A DNA stretch of 64,000 nucleotides from Squalus acanthias. Its lineage: Eukaryota. The position numbers were made by a program, and so were the translations under genes. Below, one piece after another: positions 58,340-64,000 of this stretch; position 1 is the first letter of the stretch, and each line of letters begins with the position of its first letter. Under the pieces are notes generated by a model. That model was not told the DNA's origin and did not search any database. It was given only the letters and a program-made list of their open reading frames with translations. The stretch spans positions 117,244,001 through 117,308,000 of the forward strand of contig CM059431.1 in the NCBI GenBank assembly GCA_030390025.1, given 5' to 3'.

Positions 58340-60620
58340 TGAAATAAAAGCAGAAAATGCTGCAAATTCTCAGCAGGTCAGGTACCAACTGTGGAGAGAG
58401 AAACAGAGTTAATGGCTGGAATTTTTCAGGGGTCAGCGGGGGCATTTGGAGGTGGGTCAGCTGTGAACCCGCTGTCAACCTGCCTCCCCGCTAGTCTCCC
58501 AGATGTCTGGTCTATCATCGCAGAACAGACCCGACACCAAGCAGCGGGGGAGGCAATTGACATCATTAGATACATTGTTAAGAGCCAATTAAGTATTATT
58601 TTATGCCTACCTTCCAATTTTACGTGTGCCCCCACGGCTTCCCCGCTGCTCGGGGATCACGTCAGGTAAGGAGGTCGGGTGTTGTGTCAGCATGTGATGA
58701 TTTCTTTATTTGACAGCTTGAAATGTTCAACAAAAAACTCCCATTTCATAGGTCTTCACTTTGCAAGGTTAGAAGCTGTTACTTACTGCATTTGGAAGAC
58801 GTATTGAGCTTTATGCAGCTAGCAAATGTTTGGTGCTAACTCTCTATCCAGTGTCATCTCACTGGAACAACCTCTCGCACCATTGACAGATCGGTTCCGT
58901 CATCTAAACCTCACCTGCCATCTATTCCATCAGCATGGGTGCCCTTGAAAAAATCTCACCTCGGTCCTCAGAATCCCACCACGATCAGCCCCAACACCAG
59001 CAGCACCAGGCACACCAGCAGCACCAACAACAACACCAACCTTCTCCACAATCAGCTGGTGCTGCACAGGACACTGCATCAGCACCCGACCACATTGCAA
59101 CCCGGGATTCCAGGGATGGCCTCACCATGGCCAGATTTACTTCACTTGACGTTGTACACCCTGGCTGTCACATGATGCGCCAGGTTGGCACCATCCCACA
59201 CCAACACCATAAAGCATCCCAACAATTTCCAAGCCATTCCTTTCACACTCATCAGCATTGCGGGGGATACCATATGTCTCACCATCACTGTAACTCACTA
59301 AGCCACTTCCAAAGGTGAACACAAATCTGTCCAAGAACGCAAAGTATTGAAAATAAAGGTTTCAATTTGACACTACATTAACAGAATCTTTACATGTGCT
59401 ATTAGTTGGTATGATTGGACTAGGATGAGGCTGAGTGTGAGGGGTGGCTGGTGAGATGGGGATGTGATAATGTAGATAGAGAGGGATAGGTGGCAGTGCA
59501 AGGTAAGTTGGTGTGAGTAAGGATGTGCAGGAGTAGGGTAGGAAAGACAGAGTGATAGGGATGGGGATGTGTGGCACAGCAGGATGAGGTTGAGTGTGGC
59601 TTTGCAGTAACGTTTCGTGATTTACTGAGATCATTGAAATGTTTGCTCCACTGCAGCCTGGTCCTCCTAATGACATCCCTACTTGTGTCTCCTGTGCAAT
59701 GTGCAACCAGGCTGCGTTGGTCTCCTGGGGAGGTCTCTTCCGTTCATGGGAAAGGAAGAGGACCTCCCTGCATGCTGTGACTCCCTCCATAAGCATATGC
59801 AGGGAGTCATGGGAGAGCCTAGGTCCAGCCCTGCACCTCTGTTCAGTGTTTGCAGCACTCCAATGCTGCAGAACACTGACTGCAGAACTGTCAAAAACAA
59901 TTTGTGCATGGTCCCTTTTAGGAAGCTAGCTGATGACGTGTCATCAAATGATGTCATCAGACCCGCTTCCTTTAATTGGCCGGCAAATGCGCTGGGCGGG
60001 CTTAACAAGCCCAATCAATGTAAAATTCTTTTCAGAGCAGGGTGGAACCAGCAGTGGGGTTGCATCCCACCACCGATCCCGGACTCGCCTCGGAAAGCAA
60101 AATTGCAGCCAATGTTTGAGGTCGATGACCTTTCATCAGAACTGGAAAATGTTACCTATGTAACAGTTTTTAAGCAAGTACAGAGGCAAAGAAAGGGGGG
60201 GATGGGAGGAAAGAACAAAAGGGAAGGTCTGTGATAGGGTGGAAGGCAGGAGAGATTGAATGACAAAAGGGATAAAGGTGCAAGGCAAAAGGGGGTGGCA
60301 ATGGGACAAGTAAAGAAACAAAAGATGGGCCTGGTGGAGGTGTAAATGGGAATAGCAGAATCATCAACAGCTGCTGTCCGAAAAAATGTGATCAGTGGTT
60401 ATAATCTGAAATTGCTGAACTCCGTGAGTCCGGAAGGCTGTAAAATTGCTTAATCAAAAGATGAGGTACTATTCCTCGAGCTTATGTTGAGCTTCATTGG
60501 AACAGTGTAGGAGGCCCGAGGTCAGATTTGGAGTGGAGTGGAGAATTAAAATGACAGGCGAATGAAGCTTAGGTTCACGTTTGTGGACTAAATGGAGGGG
60601 TTCCGCAAAACAGTCAACAG
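58340..60620 (-). mobile_element. Penelope 3' fragment split by the Harbinger insertion (58340-58413 plus 60111-60620)
   Basis: Reverse complement of 9930-10540; hammerhead remnant CTGATGA...CAAA. Confidence 0.75.
58414..60110 (-). mobile_element. Harbinger-type element with a Myb/SANT-like remnant, inserted in a Penelope terminal repeat
   Basis: TIRs GGCTGGAATTTT / AAAATTGCAGCC; 3-bp TSD AAT (58411-58413, 60111-60113); peptide LMEGVTACREVLF...TNAAWLHIAQE. Confidence 0.75.
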
Positions 60621-62119
60621 TCTCTGCTTAGATGGATAACCAAATGCTTTGCCAAAGAGATGGATTTTAATGGAAGGTCTTAAAGGAGGAAAGGAAGCTG
60701 GAGGGCTTTAAAGAGGGAATCCTACAGCGTGGTTGCCAATGTTGGGACAAAAGGGGAGGGGTATGCACAAGAGTTGATGTAGCACGGCACAGGCTCTGAC
60801 CAGTTCTAACCTAAAATGACAATTGGGGTCATAGGACCCCAATTTCCATGTTAAAAGAGGCCAATCGCCTGAAACAGGCAGGTGCTTTGGACACCCGGTG
60901 GAAGGCCCCTTTCAAAATGGAGTTGGCCGCATCACTGGTGTTAAGAGCGGTAAGACTACCATTTTGAGGCCATTACCAGCCCGCTAACATCAGGCGAAGG
61001 CAGTGAGAATCAACCCCAAAATGTCTATGCTGAAAATTGTAGGAAATATAATATTTTTGAACGTTACAGACTAATTAGGCTGTCATTGGTACTTTTCTAC
61101 TATGTGAACTGATGGAATTTTTTAATTTGCACAGATGTAGTGCAAAAAGCTCTGGCAAAACCCGGGGTTACATAATTATATTACTCTAGAGTGACCTCTG
61201 ATGACAAGAAGGTTTTATACTAATAATATCCCTATAGTACAGGTACTCAAACAATGACAGGAGGCCTAACTGCAGGAGGTTTTCAAGCTGCTTTCTTAAA
61301 TCATCTCAGGGAATACTTTAATTACTTCTGTGCTGAGGCACTTGGCTATTTCTGGAAATAGTTCCACTAATAAAAATTACAGCAATAGAACTTTTGAAGA
61401 CTAACAGGTGAAAAGTTGTTTTAGACCTTAACTAGGATTGGCAGTATATATATGTTGCCATGCATTACTTGATGGCCATGCATATCAGGAAGTTATAGCT
61501 GTGTTGCGTCTGAATTCTGATTATGCTTTGCCCCCCACAAGCAGTGTAAAATTATGCTCAGGATGTAACTAATTTTGAGATGCGTTGCTCTGAAAGTAGT
61601 CTTTTGGGGCAGGGATCAATAGTTCAGTTGCACATCCCTTCCATTCAATTTCATGCAGCCGTTGTTCACCCCCATGTTTAAATGGGTTTGCAATCAAAGT
61701 TGTTCTCGATGGTCATAAATCTCATCCAAAATATTTCCTGGGGCAACATTTGACCAATTTGGCAGGATGATGGTTGAAGGGAAGAAATTGGAGTATAGCT
61801 GTGTTTTAAATTCTCTTTTTCTCTTTTTCCCTTCAGCTGCAAAGGAAACTAAATTTTCTGCTGGCCACTGGTCGATTTTTGTGGCTGGAATCAGGCAGGC
61901 AGTGGCAGGAAATGGGACACAGACCCATGATGCTGATTCCCACCTAGTTTAGCATCCATTCCATTTTACATAATTTTTACCTCATTTGTGCTGATTTTTA
62001 TTCGTGCCAGTTTTATTGCCACATGCTGCAAGAGACCATATAGCCTTTCTCCACCACAGGTACCACGCTGCCAGTGGCTGTTGAGGTCACCATTGCCTTT
62101 ATTTGCTATGCTACAGATC

Positions 62120-64000
62120 ATCCCCAGAAGTAATAGTCATGGATTTTAACTACCCAAATATATTTTATATTCATTCATGGGATGTGGACGGCGTCGGCAA
62201 GGCCAGCATTTATTGCCCATCTCTAATTGCCCTCGGGAAGGTGGTGGTGAGCCGCCTTCTTGAATACAAATGGCTTGCTGGGCCATTTCACATGGGCAGT
62301 TAAGAGTCAACAACATTGCTGTGGGTCTGGAGTCACATATAGGCCAGACCAGGTAAGGACAGCAGATATCCTTCCCTAAAGGACATCAGTGAACCAGATG
62401 GGTTTTTACGACAATCCGATAGTTTCATGGTCACCATTACTGATACTATCTTTTTATTCCAGATTTATTCAATTAACTGAATTTAAATTCCCCAGCTGCC
62501 ATGGTGGGATTTCAACTCATGCCTCCAGATCGTTAGTCCAGGCCTCTGGATTACTAGTCCAGTAACATAACCACTATGCCCCAAATATTAACTGGGGTAA
62601 AAATCAGTGTAAAAGGTATAAAGGGTACTGAATTTTAAATGCATTCAGGAGAATGTTTCTTAGCCAGTACGTAGCAAGCCCATCAAGAGCGGGGACAGTT
62701 CTAGACTTAGTTTTAGTGAATGAAACTGGGCAGGTGGAAGGCATATCAGTGGGAGAGCATTTTGGTGGTAGTGATCATAATTCAGTTAGATTTAGCGTAG
62801 TTATGGAAAAGGACAAAGATTGACCAGGAGTAAAAGTTCTCAATTGGGGAAAGGCCAATTTTACTAAACTGAGATGTGATTTAGCAAAAGTGGACTGGCA
62901 GTGGGAGGCATTCAAGGAGGAGATAGTGAGGAGTCAGTGCAAATATGTTCCCACAAAGAAAAAGGGTGGGACTTCCAAATCTAGAGCCCCCTTAGATGTC
63001 AAGAAGCATACAGGGTAGGATAAGGCAAAAAAGGGACGCTCAATACTTCAGAAAGCCTAGAGGAGTATAGAAAGTGCAGGGGTGAAATTAAAAAGGAAAT
63101 TAGGAAAGCAAAGAGAGGGTATGAAAAAATATTGGCAAGTAAAATCAAGGAAAACCCAAAGATGTTTTATAAATACATAAAGAGCAAGAGGATAACTACG
63201 GAAAGAGTAGGGCCTATTAGAGACCACCTGTATGTGGAGGTGGAAGGCGTGGGCATGGCTCTTAATGAATACTTTGCATCTGTCTTCACAAAAGAGGGGG
63301 ACGATGCAGACATTGTAGTTAAGATGGAGGAGTGAGAAATATTGGATGGATAAACATAGTGAGAGAGGAAATATTAAGGGGTTTAGCACCTTTTGAATGT
63401 AGATAAATCACCAGGCCCGGATGAAACGTATCCCAGGCTGTTAAGAGAAGCAAGGGAGTAAATAGCGGAGGCTCTGACCATCAATTTTCAATCCTCTCTG
63501 GCTACAGGCGTGGTGCCGGAGGACTGCTAATGTTGTACCGTTGTTTAAAAAGGGAGTAACAGATAGACCGAGTAATTACAGGTCAGTCAGCCTAACCTCA
63601 GTGGTGGGCAAATTATTGGAAAAAAATTCTACGAGACAGTATTAATCGTCATTTCGAAAGGCACAGATTGATCAAGGACAGTCAGCATGGATTTGTTAAT
63701 GGAAAGTCGGGTCTGACTAACTTGATTGGGTTTTTTAAGGAGGTAACAAGGAGGGTCGATGAGGGTAGCACATTTGATGTAGTCTACGTGGATTTTAGCA
63801 AGGCTTTTGACAAGGTCCCACATGGCAGACTGGTCAGAAAAGTAAAAGCCTATGGGATCCAAGGAAAAGTGACGTTGGATCCAAAATTGGCTCAGTGGAA
63901 GTAAGCAAAGGGTAATGGTTGACTGGTGTTTTTGTGACTGAAAGACTGTTTCCACTGGGGTTCCGCAGGCTCAGCACTAGGTCCCTTGCTTTTTGTGGTA
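62120..64000 (+). mobile_element. Degenerate CR1 LINE (endonuclease C-terminus, tether, RT N-part), running off the window
   Basis: DFNYPNI, GSDHN, IKENPKMFYKYIKSKR, LNEYFASVFT, SQHGFV, DVVYVDFSKAFDKVPH motifs with stops. Confidence 0.88.
62162..62579 (-). mobile_element. tRNA-derived SINE with a 9-bp TSD, nested in CR1
   Basis: TSD cccaaatat at 62153-62161 and 62580-62588; 3' tail shared with the LINE at 45826-47075. Confidence 0.7.

Overview
This is repeat-rich vertebrate DNA, most likely a cartilaginous fish, inferred from its CR1/L2/Tx1 LINEs, Penelope elements, Deu-domain SINEs and Harbinger-type elements. No host gene could be identified with confidence. The dominant feature is a very young endogenous LTR element on the minus strand at 11433-28637, arranged as an LTR-internal-LTR-internal-LTR tandem with a 7757-bp period and three 1691-bp LTRs. 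Each unit has an 18-nt tRNA-Arg(TCG)-type PBS overlapping the gag ATG and an intact gag (PPxY, MHR-like segment, CCHC knuckle). A second ORF is in frame with gag behind a single UGA-CUAG readthrough-type stop and occupies the slot where pol should be. An intact env carries an immunoglobulin-like domain in front of a furin-cleaved, F-protein-like class I fusogen. No protease, RT, RNase H or integrase motif is visible, so it looks like a non-autonomous gag-X-env element, possibly lokiretrovirus-like (inference). Two older, diverged LTR relatives (about 38323-39328 and 41531-42721) reveal conserved cis-signals: TATA, splice donor, poly(A) signal and hairpins.
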